DNA of 64,000 nt. Origin: Citromicrobium sp. GTDB taxonomy: Bacteria; Pseudomonadota; Alphaproteobacteria; Sphingomonadales; Sphingomonadaceae. The notes under the pieces are model-generated. The model had not been told where the DNA came from and made no database searches. It worked only from the letters and a program-made list of their open reading frames with translations. Location: positions 246 through 64,245 of the forward strand of contig QFNA01000006.1 of NCBI GenBank assembly GCA_003248395.1, written 5' to 3'. How positions within the stretch are numbered: the first letter of the stretch is position 1; the number at the start of each line of letters is the position of its first letter. A program made the translations under genes and the position numbers. Positions 29,555-40,639 of this stretch are shown here, piece by piece.

Positions 29555-30598
29555 TCAGCCAATTCTCTTGCCCAAGGATCGGGCGGTGAAATCCACCATG
29601 GGGACGACACGGGCGTAATTCAACCGAGTCGGGCCGATGACCCCGAGCACGCCGAGCACCTTGCCGTCGCGATCGCGATAGGGCGCCGCAATGACCGAGG
29701 AACCCGACAGGGCGAAAAGCCGGTTTTCGCTCCCGATAAAGATACGCATGGCTTCTGCCTCGCGCGCGCTTTCCAGCAGCGTCGAGACCGACTGCTTGCT
29801 TTCCAGATCGTCCAGTAGCGAGCGGACTCTCTCAATATCGCCCAAGGCTTCTTCGTCGAGCAGATTTGCCTGGCCACGTACGATGAGCACCGGACGTGCC
29901 GCGGCATCCTTCGTCCATGTGGCGATTCCGCGGGCGACAAGCTCGCGACTGGCTTCGTCGAGCGCGGTCATGCCGCTCGAAATTTCGTCGGTTACCAGAG
30001 CAGCCGCTTCGGCCAGCGTGCGTCCGGATGCGCGCGCAGTGAGGTAATTGCTTGCCGCTTCGAGCGACATCCCCAGCGAATCGACCGACAGCGACAATAT
30101 CCGATTCTCGACTTGGCCGTCTTCGCTCACGAGAACCGCCAGCACGCGCTGGGAATCGAGGCTGGTCAAGGCGATCTGTGCCAGCCTGGGTTCACGCCGC
30201 GGGACCGTGACCATGCCCGCCGCGCCTGACAGGTCGGACAGCAGCGCACTGGTCTCTTCGAGTGCTCGCTCGATCGGCCCCGGCTCACGAAGTCTCTGTT
30301 CTATCGCTTCGCGCTCGGCTTGCGTCGGTGTCGAGACCTGCATCATCGCGTCGACGAACAGCCTCAATCCGCTTTCGGTTGGCATGCGGCCGGCACTGGT
30401 ATGAGGTGCTGACAGCAGTCCGCGCTGCTCCAGCTCTGCCAGGACCGACCGGATCGACGCAGGAGACAGGTTCACCCCGCCCTCCCCTGCCAGCGATTTG
30501 GAGCCAACCGGAAATCCGCTTTCGAGATAGCCCTCTACCACGAGCCGGAAAATCTCGCGCGCGCGATCGGACATGTCGGTGAGTGGCGGGGAACGCAT
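29555..30598 (-). CDS. hrcA: Heat-inducible transcription repressor HrcA
   Basis: [27 protein letters not shown]. Confidence 0.96.
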   Translation of the reverse strand: MRSPPLTDMSDRAREIFRLVVEGYLESGFPVGSKSLAGEGGVNLSPASIRSVLAELEQRGLLSAPHTSAGRMPTESGLRLFVDAMMQVSTPTQAEREAIEQRLREPGPIERALEETSALLSDLSGAAGMVTVPRREPRLAQIALTSLDSQRVLAVLVSEDGQVENRILSLSVDSLGMSLEAASNYLTARASGRTLAEAAALVTDEISSGMTALDEASRELVARGIATWTKDAAARPVLIVRGQANLLDEEALGDIERVRSLLDDLESKQSVSTLLESAREAEAMRIFIGSENRLFALSGSSVIAAPYRDRDGKVLGVLGVIGPTRLNYARVVPMVDFTARSLGKRIG

Positions 30599-30605
30599 CC
30601 TGCAT

Positions 30606-30633
30606 ATCTAGCCGATAGTCGATGCGCCACAAG
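30606..30633 (-). promoter_or_regulatory. RpoH-like promoter of hrcA-grpE
   Basis: Minus strand CTTG-N17-GCTAGAT directly upstream of hrcA. Confidence 0.55.
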
Positions 30634-30697
30634 GGTTGCGGGCTGGAAATCGTTGGGCCAAGGCGAGCGACGAGAATCGACTGGACTGGAGAATTTT

Positions 30698-31414
30698 ATG
30701 CGACCCTCAGGCCGCGCGCCCGACGAGATGCGCACGATTGCAATCGAGACTGGCTATACGCGTCACGCGGAAGGAAGCTGCCTGATTTCCTTCGGGGACA
30801 CCAAAGTCCTGTGCACGGCATCGGTCGAAGAAAGACTGCCGCCGTGGATGAAGGGCAAGGGTCAGGGCTGGGTCACAGGCGAATATTCGATGCTCCCGCG
30901 CGCCACCCACACGAGGGGGCAACGTGAAGCGGCCAAGGGCAAGCAAAGCGGCCGCACGCAGGAAATCCAGCGCCTGATCGGGCGTTCCTTGCGCGCGGTG
31001 GTCGACATGAAGAAGCTGGGCGAGCGGCAAATCACATTGGATTGCGATGTCATCCAGGCGGATGGCGGAACCCGGACTGCGGCGATCTCCGGGGCTTGGG
31101 TGGCCCTGCGACTGGCAGTCGATGGCCTCATGAAGTCCGGAGCAGTGGTCGAAGATCCGATTACCGCCAAGGTAGCGGCTATCTCGTGCGGAATCTATCA
31201 GGGCACACCGGTGCTCGACCTCGATTATCCGGAAGACAGCACCGCGGATGCCGATGCGAATTTCGTCCTGATCGAGGGAGGCAAGATCGCCGAAACGCAA
31301 GCGACTGCCGAAGGGGCGCCCTTCGACGAGGAAGGATTCTTGCGGCTGTTGCGATTGGCGCAAATCGGTTGCGGCCAGATTTTCAAGGCACAGGAGGCGG
31401 CGACCCGCACATGA
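30698..31414 (+). CDS. rph: Ribonuclease PH
   Basis: [33 protein letters not shown]. Confidence 0.96.
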   Translation: MRPSGRAPDEMRTIAIETGYTRHAEGSCLISFGDTKVLCTASVEERLPPWMKGKGQGWVTGEYSMLPRATHTRGQREAAKGKQSGRTQEIQRLIGRSLRAVVDMKKLGERQITLDCDVIQADGGTRTAAISGAWVALRLAVDGLMKSGAVVEDPITAKVAAISCGIYQGTPVLDLDYPEDSTADADANFVLIEGGKIAETQATAEGAPFDEEGFLRLLRLAQIGCGQIFKAQEAATRT

Positions 31415-32040
31415 CCCGGCGGCTCGGTTCCGGATCACTGGTCATCGCGACCCACAATGCCGGCAAGCTCGCGGAAATTTCCGCCTTGCTCGAACCGTAC
31501 GGATTGAAGTGCCTTTCGGCCGGGTCGCTCGGCCTTCCCGAGCCTGCAGAAACGGGTGAGAGTTTTGTCGAGAACGCGCTGATCAAGGCGCGCGCGGCCG
31601 CCGAAGCATCAGGATTGCCCGCATTGGCCGATGACAGTGGTCTTTCGGTCGATGCGCTCGACGGAAGGCCCGGTGTGTACACGGCGGACTGGGCAGAACG
31701 ACAGTGGTTCGAGGGAGAGCCAGGACGCGACTGGTATCTGGCGATGGGCAAGGTCGAGGGTCTGTTGCAGCAACGCGGCGAGGATACAGACCGGAGCGCA
31801 GCCTTCCATTGCGTTCTCGCACTTGCATGGCCCGAGGGCGATTACGCGATTTACGAAGGGATCGCGCGCGGATCGCTGGTGTGGCCTCCGCGTGGAGACC
31901 TCGGTTTCGGATATGATCCGGTCTTCGTGCCCGATGGGAGCGAGAAAACGTTCGCGGAAATCGAACCTGCGGAGAAGCATCGCATGAGCCACCGCGCCGA
32001 TGCGTTTGCGAAACTGGTTGCCGAACAGTTCGGTCAGTAA
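31411..32040 (+). CDS. rdgB: Non-canonical purine NTP pyrophosphatase RdgB/HAM1
   Basis: ATHNAGK, ADDSGL, FGYDPVF, SHRA. Confidence 0.93.
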   Translation: MTRRLGSGSLVIATHNAGKLAEISALLEPYGLKCLSAGSLGLPEPAETGESFVENALIKARAAAEASGLPALADDSGLSVDALDGRPGVYTADWAERQWFEGEPGRDWYLAMGKVEGLLQQRGEDTDRSAAFHCVLALAWPEGDYAIYEGIARGSLVWPPRGDLGFGYDPVFVPDGSEKTFAEIEPAEKHRMSHRADAFAKLVAEQFGQ

Positions 32041-32630
32041 GGGCTCCTGCCTATCACATTGCCCGCAGGGTAATAACGGCACACAAGCACGTCCCATTCG
32101 CCCCGGCTGACGACCGAACAGCCGACCTCCTGCGTGTCGCGCCAGACCACCTGGCTGTAATGCCCGGCATCGTACCAATTGCCCGTACGCGAAATTCTCG
32201 GGAAGCTGCCGCGACGGAAATGCCGCTTTTCGGCGATGAAGCTGCCGACCATCGAATCGACATCCCAGTGGCCGGCGGTGCCCATCCACAAATTCTCGCC
32301 CGCTTCGCCGCGCGTCCTCTCGTCCGCATGTTGCAGGACACCGCGCCGTGCGAGCACTTCGCCCCACTCGCGCGCGCCGCGTTCAAGCCTACTGTTCCAG
32401 CGCAGCGCGGGCAGGCCGAGCCTCTCTCGCTCGGCATTGTGGGAGGCCAGCATTCGCGATGCATCGTGGTGGAGCCGGGTCTCGCTGTGAGCGGTCGCTG
32501 CCGCCGCCGCACCTTCGCGCGCGCTTGCAGCCACGGCCAAACCCGTGGCACAAAGGGCTGCAACGGCAGCGCCAGTCGTCGCGACCTTTGGCCCGATCTC
32601 TCTACATTCACTGGCCCTTTTGTCTGGCAA
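32034..32630 (-). CDS. CAP (SCP) domain secreted protein; start uncertain
   Basis: [27 protein letters not shown]. Confidence 0.85.
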   Translation of the reverse strand: MPDKRASECREIGPKVATTGAAVAALCATGLAVAASAREGAAAAATAHSETRLHHDASRMLASHNAERERLGLPALRWNSRLERGAREWGEVLARRGVLQHADERTRGEAGENLWMGTAGHWDVDSMVGSFIAEKRHFRRGSFPRISRTGNWYDAGHYSQVVWRDTQEVGCSVVSRGEWDVLVCRYYPAGNVIGRSPY

Positions 32631-33742
32631 AGTGCCCCTATTGCGATTTCAACAGCCATGTTCGCGCCGGGATCGACATTGCGGCGTGGCGCGAAGCCTT
32701 GATTGCGGATCTCCGCGTCGAGAAAAACGCAGTCGGTGCCTCCGCGCCACTCGAAAGCATCTTCTTCGGCGGTGGAACGCCATCGCTCATGCCGCCCGCG
32801 CTCGTGGAAGATCTCCTGGCCGAGGCGGAGCGCCTGTGGGGGTTCGATCCGAATATCGAAATCACGCTCGAAGCCAATCCGTCCTCCGTCGAAGCCGATA
32901 ATTTCAGGGATATTGCGACGGCTGGCGTAAATCGGGTGTCTCTCGGCGTGCAAAGCCTGCGCGACGAAGCGCTTCGTTTTCTGGGCAGGTTGCACGGCGC
33001 GGACGAGGCGCGTGAAGCCGTCGACACGGCACAAAGCGTCTTCGACCGGGTTTCGATCGACCTGATTTACGCGCGGCCCGGGCAGACCGAGGCCGAGTGG
33101 GAAAGGGAACTGGCAGAAGCGCTTGCGATTGGCACCGACCACCTGTCGCTCTATCAATTGACGATCGAGCAGGCCACGCGCTTTGCAACCGATGTGCGGC
33201 GCGGGGTGTTCGTGCCGCTCGACGACGACAACGCAGCCGATCTCTTCGCACTCACGCGCACAATGACGTCAGCGTCGGGCATACCGGCTTACGAGGTCAG
33301 CAACCATGCGCGCCCCGGTCAGGAAAGCCGTCACAATCTCACCTACTGGCGATATAATGATTACGTCGGGATTGGGCCGGGCGCGCATGGGCGACGCGGC
33401 GGCGTCGCGACCGCGCGTCACAAGAAGCCGGAAAATTATCTCTCGGCCGTGCGCGACAAGGGCCACGGGATTGTCGAGGAAACTACGCTCGGCGCGCGCG
33501 AAATGGCATCCGAAGCTCTCTTGATGGGATTGCGCCTGCATGAGGGCGTTTGCCTCGACCACCTCTCCGCCCGCTTCGGGCTCTCACGTGAGGCGCTGAT
33601 CGATGACGAAAAGATACGTCTTTACAGTTCCTTGGGACTTATCTCTGAAATCGGCTCCCGTCTGACCGTGACCGAGGTCGGTATGCCGCTGCTCGACGCA
33701 CTGCTCGGTGAACTTGTCGCGCGCGATCTTGTCGAGGGATGA
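32588..33742 (+). CDS. hemW: Radical SAM heme chaperone HemW
   Basis: [37 protein letters not shown] start inferred. Confidence 0.92.
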   Translation: MARSLYIHWPFCLAKCPYCDFNSHVRAGIDIAAWREALIADLRVEKNAVGASAPLESIFFGGGTPSLMPPALVEDLLAEAERLWGFDPNIEITLEANPSSVEADNFRDIATAGVNRVSLGVQSLRDEALRFLGRLHGADEAREAVDTAQSVFDRVSIDLIYARPGQTEAEWERELAEALAIGTDHLSLYQLTIEQATRFATDVRRGVFVPLDDDNAADLFALTRTMTSASGIPAYEVSNHARPGQESRHNLTYWRYNDYVGIGPGAHGRRGGVATARHKKPENYLSAVRDKGHGIVEETTLGAREMASEALLMGLRLHEGVCLDHLSARFGLSREALIDDEKIRLYSSLGLISEIGSRLTVTEVGMPLLDALLGELVARDLVEG

Positions 33743-34635
33743 CGAGGCATGATCTCCTCGCGGCATGGCACCATCATCTGTCGCTCGGATTGAGGCGATC
33801 GGAGCACACTGTGCGGGCCTACGGCAAGGCGGCCGAACGCCTATTGTCCGGCAATAATCTCGACGATTGGCGGGGCGTTGCAGCGCTGGACAGCAAATCT
33901 CTCCGCGAACATCTCGCCAAGCGGCGTGCCGACGGCTTGTCGAACGCGTCGATTGCCCGCGAATTGTCTGCATTGAAGGCGTTCATCGCCTTTGCGAAAG
34001 TCCAGCACGGCGAAGACCGGGCAGACGCACCGCGCATGCGGGGGCCGCGCATCAAGAAGGGCCTGCCCCGCCCGGTCTCGCCAGACGATGCCATCGGCTT
34101 GGCCGAGACAGTCGATGCGCTTGCCGAGGACGACTGGATCGGTGCGCGAGACCGGGCGGTGTTGATGCTGCTCTACGGTGCCGGGATGCGGATCGCGGAA
34201 GCGCTGTCGCTGACCGGCAGCGTGCTCCCGCTCGGAGAGCGCCTCACGGTTACCGGCAAAGGCGGGAAGCAGAGGGTCGTGCCGCTGCTCCCGATCGTCT
34301 GCGAAGCCGTCGCGGACTATGTGGACAGATGCCCCTGGGCAATCCACAACGACGGACCGCTGTTTCTCGGTGCGAAGGGCGGACCATTGCGCCAAGGCGT
34401 GGTCCAGAAAGCGACGGCGAAGGCCAGAATGGCGCTTGGACTTCCCGCGACTGCGACGCCGCACGCGCTCCGCCACAGCTTCGCCACGCATCTGCTGAGC
34501 GCGGGTGCCGATCTGCGCAGCCTGCAGGAACTGCTTGGCCACGCCAGCCTCGGTTCGACACAGATCTATACCAAGGTCGACGCCGCGGCGATGCTCGAAA
34601 CCTACCGCAACGCGCATCCTCGGGAGCGTGATTAA
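33739..34635 (+). CDS. xerC: Tyrosine recombinase XerC
   Basis: LYGAGMRIAE, GKGGKQR, HALRHSFATH, LGHASLGSTQIY. Confidence 0.88.
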   Translation: MTRHDLLAAWHHHLSLGLRRSEHTVRAYGKAAERLLSGNNLDDWRGVAALDSKSLREHLAKRRADGLSNASIARELSALKAFIAFAKVQHGEDRADAPRMRGPRIKKGLPRPVSPDDAIGLAETVDALAEDDWIGARDRAVLMLLYGAGMRIAEALSLTGSVLPLGERLTVTGKGGKQRVVPLLPIVCEAVADYVDRCPWAIHNDGPLFLGAKGGPLRQGVVQKATAKARMALGLPATATPHALRHSFATHLLSAGADLRSLQELLGHASLGSTQIYTKVDAAAMLETYRNAHPRERD

Positions 34636-35237
34636 CGCTCGGAACGCGGCTTCCAGTTTGCGACCCTCCAGCCATACCACAGCAGGCCCGCAAAGATGAT
34701 GCCGCCGACAACATAGCCTGCCGCAGCATCATACTGTTCTATCAAGCCCGACAGTTTCCCGCCTCCCCAGATCAGCAATCCGTTCCAGATCAGCGAACCG
34801 AGGAAGGTGAACAAAAGGAACCGCCACATTTTCATGTGGGCCAGACCCGCGGGCAACGAAACAATCGTCCGGAGAAATGGCGAGAAGCGGAGGAGGAACA
34901 CGACCCAGTCCCCATGCTTGCGAAAGGCCAGCCGGGCTTTCTCGAAATCTTCCCATTCCAGGGTCAGCCAGCGCCCCCGCCGATCCACGAAGGCCTGGAG
35001 CTGCTGCTCGCTCCAGCGCCAACCGAGCCAGTACCACACGCAATTGCCGGCCACGGTGCCCAGCGTTCCGATCAGGAGCAGCGGCCAGAAGGAGAATGTG
35101 CCGCGCGCAACCAGCACGCCGCCATAGCCCATGATGATTTCGGACGGCACTGGCGGGAAGATATTCTCCAGCGCCATCAGCAGGAAAATCCCGGCATAGC
35201 CGCCGGTCTGGATCGCATTGAGGATAAACTGGTTCAC
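34632..35237 (-). CDS. DedA family membrane protein
   Basis: LENIFPPVPSE, RFSPFLRT, PAG motifs. Confidence 0.9.
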   Translation of the reverse strand: MNQFILNAIQTGGYAGIFLLMALENIFPPVPSEIIMGYGGVLVARGTFSFWPLLLIGTLGTVAGNCVWYWLGWRWSEQQLQAFVDRRGRWLTLEWEDFEKARLAFRKHGDWVVFLLRFSPFLRTIVSLPAGLAHMKMWRFLLFTFLGSLIWNGLLIWGGGKLSGLIEQYDAAAGYVVGGIIFAGLLWYGWRVANWKPRSER

Positions 35238-35261
35238 ATGCGTCGTAATGCGCTGGCGAGA

Positions 35262-36230
35262 CTAAAGCTCCGCATGTCGGCGTTCTATCGCATCCCAGAT
35301 GAGCCCGGCGGTGTCGGTCCCGTTGAACTTGTCGATCGCGACAATCCCGGTCGGACTGGTCACATTGATCTCGGTCAGCCATTTCCCGCCAATGACGTCG
35401 ATCCCGACGAAGACGAGACCGCGACGTTTGAGTTCGGGGCCCATGGCCGCACAGATTTCCTCCTCGCGCGGGGTGAGGCTTGCAGCCTCTGCGTGCCCGC
35501 CCTGAGCGAGATTTGACCGGAATTCTCCTTCACCCGGAAACCGATTAATGGCGCCGGCAAATTCGCCGTCCACCAGCACGATACGTTTGTCGCCTGCGGA
35601 AACCTCGGGGAGAAATGGCTGGATCATGTGCGGTTCCGGCCAGGTCTGGTCGAACACTTCGCTGAGCGCCGAAAGATTGGTTCCCTCGGCGTCGATCCGG
35701 AAGATCGCCTTGCCGCCATTCCCGTGAAGCGGTTTGACGACCACCGATCCATGCTCCCGCTGAAATTCTCTCAGGTCCGGCAAAGCGCGCGCAATCATCG
35801 TCGGCGGCATGAATTGCGCGTAATCGAGGACGAACATCTTTTCCGGCGCGTTGACCACTTCTCGGGGATCGTTAACCACCAGTGTCGTGCCCCGCAGGCG
35901 ATCGAGCAGCAATGCCGCGCTGATGTAGCCGAGATGAAACGGCGGATCCTGCCGCATCAGGACAACATCGATATCCTTTGCCAGATCGATAAGCCGACGC
36001 TCACCCGCCGAGAAGTGATCTCCTTCGACGCGCTGGACTTTTACCGGCGCGGCATGGGCGGTGATCTTCCCCCCGCGTGTGCCATCGCTTTGCCACGCAA
36101 GCGTGCCGACATCGTAATGCCAGAGCTCGTGACCGCGAGCCTGCGCCGAGAGCATCAGGGCAAAGCTGCTGTCGCCCGCAATATTGATATTTTCGAGCGG
36201 GTCCATCTGGACTGCGACGCGCAATGCCAT
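35262..36230 (-). CDS. gshB: Glutathione synthetase
   Basis: MRQDPPF, NAPEK, RSNLAQGG, EINVTSPTG. Confidence 0.96.
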   Translation of the reverse strand: MALRVAVQMDPLENINIAGDSSFALMLSAQARGHELWHYDVGTLAWQSDGTRGGKITAHAAPVKVQRVEGDHFSAGERRLIDLAKDIDVVLMRQDPPFHLGYISAALLLDRLRGTTLVVNDPREVVNAPEKMFVLDYAQFMPPTMIARALPDLREFQREHGSVVVKPLHGNGGKAIFRIDAEGTNLSALSEVFDQTWPEPHMIQPFLPEVSAGDKRIVLVDGEFAGAINRFPGEGEFRSNLAQGGHAEAASLTPREEEICAAMGPELKRRGLVFVGIDVIGGKWLTEINVTSPTGIVAIDKFNGTDTAGLIWDAIERRHAEL

Positions 36231-36263
36231 GTCTAACTCCGATTTACCGGCGGCCCCGAGATG

Positions 36264-36614
36264 TTACGGCTGCCAGGCGTTGGCGATGTGGCGCGGTAAT
36301 GCGCCCGGCGCAAGCAGGATCACATCGACCCGTATATCCTCTCCGCCGGTAACATAGTCATGCGCGACGGCTTCGACCGCGGCAGCGACGCGCCCGAGAC
36401 GATATTCGTCGATCGCAAAGTCGAGGTCCGCGTTCTTCTTGCGCCACTTTACCTCGATAAACGCGACGACCGACCCGCGCTTTGCAATCAGATCGATCTC
36501 CCCCGCCGGAGTACGCACGCGCTTTGCCAGGATGCGCCAGCCCTTGGCCCTCAGCCATAGGGCAGCGCGCGCCTCCCCGTCGCGCCCGCTTTTTTCGGCG
36601 AGGTACCTGTTCAC
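36264..36614 (-). CDS. yraN: YraN (UPF0102) family protein
   Basis: GEIDLIA..FIEVKWR, RVDVI. Confidence 0.9.
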   Translation of the reverse strand: MNRYLAEKSGRDGEARAALWLRAKGWRILAKRVRTPAGEIDLIAKRGSVVAFIEVKWRKKNADLDFAIDEYRLGRVAAAVEAVAHDYVTGGEDIRVDVILLAPGALPRHIANAWQP

Positions 36615-37465
36615 GAGCGACGCAATTCCATCGCGCGTGCATAGAGCGCTTTGCGATCGAGGCCCGTTTCTCTCGCAACCTTCGCGGCGGCTTGCGACGG
36701 TTTCAGCGTGACCAGCGCCTCGATCAGCAAACTGTCGGCTTCCGCCTCATCGGCAGGCATTGCAATTGGCGGGGCAACCAACAGGACAATTTCTCCCTTG
36801 GGCGGATTGGCCTCGTAATGCGCCGACAATTCTGCGGGCGTTCCACGGCGCAGCTCCTCATGCAGCTTCGTCAGTTCGCGCGCGACGGCAACGTCCCGAC
36901 CCGGCATGACATCGTCGATCGCCGCGAGCGCTTTCACCAGCCTCGGCGCGGTTTCGTAAAAGACCAGCGTCGTGTCGATTTCCGCCAGATTTTCCAATGC
37001 CTCGCGACGCGCCTTTTCCTTCGACGGGAGGAAACCTGCGAAGAGAAACCGATCGTTCGGCAGTCCGGATAGGGTCAGTCCGACCACTGCCGCGCAAGCC
37101 CCCGGGATGCTGGTGACGGCTATGCCTTCGGCGCGACAGTCGTTGACGAGTCGATAGCCGGGGTCGCTGATCATCGGCGTACCCGCATCTGTCACCAGAG
37201 CCACGGCACCGTGCCGCATGGTCTCGACCAGACGCGACCGGGCGCGCTGCTCGCTATGGTCGTCGTAACGCCACATCGGCTTGGAAATTGCTAGATGCTT
37301 GAGCAATTTGCCCGTCACGCGCGTATCTTCGCAGGCTACGCCATCACAGCGCGACAGAATGTCCACAGCCCGCATGGTGATATCGCCCAAATTCCCGATG
37401 GGGGTGGCGACGATGTACAGACCGGGTAATAGGGGTTCTAATCGTGGGGAGTGGCTGTCATTCAC
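36611..37465 (-). CDS. rsmI: 16S rRNA C1402 2'-O-methyltransferase
   Basis: ATPIGNLGDIT, CEDTR, DAGTPMISDPG, RELTKLHE. Confidence 0.95.
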   Translation of the reverse strand: MNDSHSPRLEPLLPGLYIVATPIGNLGDITMRAVDILSRCDGVACEDTRVTGKLLKHLAISKPMWRYDDHSEQRARSRLVETMRHGAVALVTDAGTPMISDPGYRLVNDCRAEGIAVTSIPGACAAVVGLTLSGLPNDRFLFAGFLPSKEKARREALENLAEIDTTLVFYETAPRLVKALAAIDDVMPGRDVAVARELTKLHEELRRGTPAELSAHYEANPPKGEIVLLVAPPIAMPADEAEADSLLIEALVTLKPSQAAAKVARETGLDRKALYARAMELRRS

Positions 37466-37503
37466 GCTTCCCTATTGGACGACAAAAGAGGGAAGCGGCA
37501 AGG

Positions 37504-38664
37504 ATGAAGCGTGCGATTGTGAACCGCCGGACGATTTTACTGACGGCAGCGGCAACGCTGATGGCCGGCTGCTCGATCATCCCCAAAACCGGCCCTACCG
37601 AAGCGCCCCCGTCCCCCAGTCCTGTGCCGAGCCCCGGACCGAGCAGCCTGCCGCAGGATGAGCGGCGGCATCGCGTGGCCCTGCTCGTGCCCCTGTCCGG
37701 AGACACTGCCGGAGCCGGTCAATCCATTGCCAACGCAACCACGATGGCGATTCTGGACACGAATGCGGAAAATTTGCGGATTACGACTTACGATACCGCG
37801 AAGGGGCCGGAGGCGGCAGCGCGAGAAGCGATCGCCGATGGCAATCGCCTCATCCTGGGTCCGCTGCTGGGTTCGAATGTCGCATCGGTTCGTCAACATG
37901 CCGCGGCCGCCGGTGTCCCGATCATCAGTTTCTCGAACGATACCAGCATCGCCGGGCCGGGCGTTTTCGTCATGGGACACGTACCCGAACAGTCGGTTGG
38001 CAGGAGCGTGGGCTACGCCCGGTCGAAAGGCGCGGATGCGTTCGCCGTGCTCGTTCCCGAAAGCGAATATGGCAAGCGCGCCGAAGCGAGTTTTCGCGCA
38101 GCACTGCGCGAGCATGGCGGTCGGGTGGTCGCAACGGAGCGTTACGATCGCGCAAATACCTCGGTCATCAGCGCTGCGGGTCGCTTGAAATCCTTTGGCG
38201 GCTACGACGCGGTTTTTATCGGCGACGGCGGTCAATCTTCGGTTCGCGCGGGCGAGGCGGTGTCGGCCGGCAGCGGTAACGCGCCCCAGTTGATCGGTAC
38301 CGAAAGGTGGGATGGCGAACTTGCCGCGCTGCGTTCGTCCGAATTGGACGGTGCAATCTTTGCCGCGGTCCGGGGCGACCGCTTCCCCGATTTCGTCAAG
38401 AGCTATGAATCGCGTTTCGGCGGGCGACCCTACCGCATCGCCACACTCGGTTACGACGCGGTGTTGCTGACCCTGCGCGCCTCGCGCGACTGGACGCCGG
38501 GACGGCCCTTTCCCGTAAACGTGCTTTTCCAGGACGGCGGTTTCGACGGGATGGATGGCATTTTCCGCTTCCAGCGCAACGGGGTCGTCCAGCGCGCGAT
38601 GGAGGTCCGCCAGATTCGCAATGGCGAAGCGAGAACGGTTTCCGCTGCTCCGTCGTCGTTCTGA
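37504..38664 (+). CDS. Penicillin-binding protein activator (LppC/LpoA-like) lipoprotein
   Basis: RR..LMAGC signal, VALLVPLSG, LILGPL; divergent from rsmI. Confidence 0.85.
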   Translation: MKRAIVNRRTILLTAAATLMAGCSIIPKTGPTEAPPSPSPVPSPGPSSLPQDERRHRVALLVPLSGDTAGAGQSIANATTMAILDTNAENLRITTYDTAKGPEAAAREAIADGNRLILGPLLGSNVASVRQHAAAAGVPIISFSNDTSIAGPGVFVMGHVPEQSVGRSVGYARSKGADAFAVLVPESEYGKRAEASFRAALREHGGRVVATERYDRANTSVISAAGRLKSFGGYDAVFIGDGGQSSVRAGEAVSAGSGNAPQLIGTERWDGELAALRSSELDGAIFAAVRGDRFPDFVKSYESRFGGRPYRIATLGYDAVLLTLRASRDWTPGRPFPVNVLFQDGGFDGMDGIFRFQRNGVVQRAMEVRQIRNGEARTVSAAPSSF

Positions 38665-38727
38665 CAGGCGGATAACCTTCTGCGAATGCTTGTGCCGCCG
38701 GATTCGCGCGCGATATAGCCTGTAACG

Positions 38728-40639
38728 ATGTCCGACGATCTTTTCGAAAACACACCCACCTCCAGCGGCGACTACGACGCGTCTTCGATCGAAGTGCTCG
38801 AAGGGCTCGAGCCTGTCCGCCGCCGCCCCGGCATGTATATCGGCGGGACCGACGATCGCGCCCTGCACCATTTGGTCGCCGAGGTGCTCGACAATGCCAT
38901 GGACGAGGCCGTCGCCGGCCACGCCAGCCGTATCGAGATGAAGGTCGAGGAAGGGAACAAGGTCACTGTCTCGGACAATGGCCGCGGCATTCCGGTCGGC
39001 GAGCATGCGAAATATCCCGGCAAATCCACGCTCGAGGTCATCCTCACGACGTTGCACTCCGGCGGCAAGTTTTCCGGCAAGGCCTATGCCACGAGCGGTG
39101 GCCTGCACGGCGTGGGCGTCAGCGTGGTCAACGCATTGAGCAGCCACACGCGGGTCGAGGTGGCCCGCGACAAGACACTCTATGCTCAGGAATTCGCAAA
39201 AGGGCACCCGACCGGCAAGCTGGAGGAAGTCGGTGCCGCTCCGAACCGGCGCGGCACGACTGTCAGCTTCGTGCCGGACACCGAGATTTTCGGCGATCGC
39301 AAATTCAGTCCCAAGCGCCTGTTCAGACTTGCGCGATCGAAAGCCTATCTCTTCGCCGGTGTCGAAATTCGCTGGAAATGCGCACCCTCGCTGACGAGCG
39401 ACGATGTGCCCGAAGAGGCGGTGTTCAAATTTCCGGGCGGGCTTGCCGATCACCTGGCCGAACAAATCAACGGTCGCGAATGCGTCACATCGCAGCCCTT
39501 TGCCGGCAGCCAGGATTTTCCGGAAATGGATGACGGCATCCAGCAGGGCCGCGTGGAATGGGCGATTGCCTGGCCGCTATTCTCGGACGGATCGACCAGT
39601 TGGTATTGCAACACCGTGCCTACGCCCGACGGGGGTACGCATGAACAGGGTCTTCGCGCGGCGCTGACCAAGGGATTGCGCGCCTTTGGCGACCTGACAG
39701 GGGCGAAGAAGGCAAAGGATCTCACCGCCGATGACGTCATGACCGGCGCCGAGGTCATGTTGAGCGTCTTTATCCGCGATCCGCAGTTCCAGAGCCAGAC
39801 CAAGGACCGGCTCACCTCGCCCGAGGCGGCAAAGCTGGTCGAAAGTGCCGTACGCGACCATTTCGATCATTTCCTCACCGACAATCAAACGCAAGACCGC
39901 GACCAATGCCAAGAAGCTTCGTCTTCCGGGCAAATTGACTGACTGTAGCGGCGAAGGCGACGGCGATACCGAACTTTTCATCGTCGAGGGCGACAGTGCA
40001 GGCGGCAGCGCCAAACAGGCGCGCGATCGCAAGACGCAGGCGATCCTGCCGATCCGCGGCAAGATCCTCAACGTCGCCAGCGCCACGGCAGACAAGATCC
40101 GCGCCAACAGCGAAATCGCCGACCTGACGCTCGCGATGGGGTGCAGCACTCGCAAGGACTGCAATCCCGAACACCTGCGCTATGACCGCATCATCATCAT
40201 GACCGATGCCGATGTCGACGGCGCGCATATCGCAACGCTGCTAATGACCTTCTTCTTCCAGGAGATGCCGGAAGTGGTGCGCGGTGGGCACCTCTATCTC
40301 GCGCAACCGCCCCTCTATCGCCTGACCGCGGGGAAGGAGAGCCGATATGCCCGCGACGACGAACATCGCAAGGAGCTCGAAGAGACCGTTTTCAAGGGGA
40401 AGAAGGTCGAGGTCGGTCGGTTCAAGGGCCTCGGCGAGATGAACCCGGCGCAGCTGCGCGAAACCACCATGAATCCCGATACGCGCAGCCTGATCCGCAT
40501 CACCCTGCCCGCTGAATTCGAGGATCGCGCGGTGGTAAAGGTGCTCGTCGATCAGCTGATGGGGCGCAATCCGGAACACCGGTTCAATTTCATCCAGAAC
40601 AATGCCGGCGAATTCGATCGCGAGATGATCGACGCCTAG
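38728..40639 (+). pseudogene. parE: DNA topoisomerase IV subunit B, frameshifted by an internal deletion at about 39884 (probably artefact)
   Basis: GHKL motifs (EVLDNAMDE, SGGLHGVG) in 38728..39942; TOPRIM motifs (EGDSAGG, PIRGK, DADVDG, RFKGLGEM) in another frame to 40639. Confidence 0.92.

Noticed and set aside
33739..34635. Tyrosine recombinase as an island integrase
   Set aside because: XerC-like size and motifs, coupled to hemW in core context, no att sites nearby.
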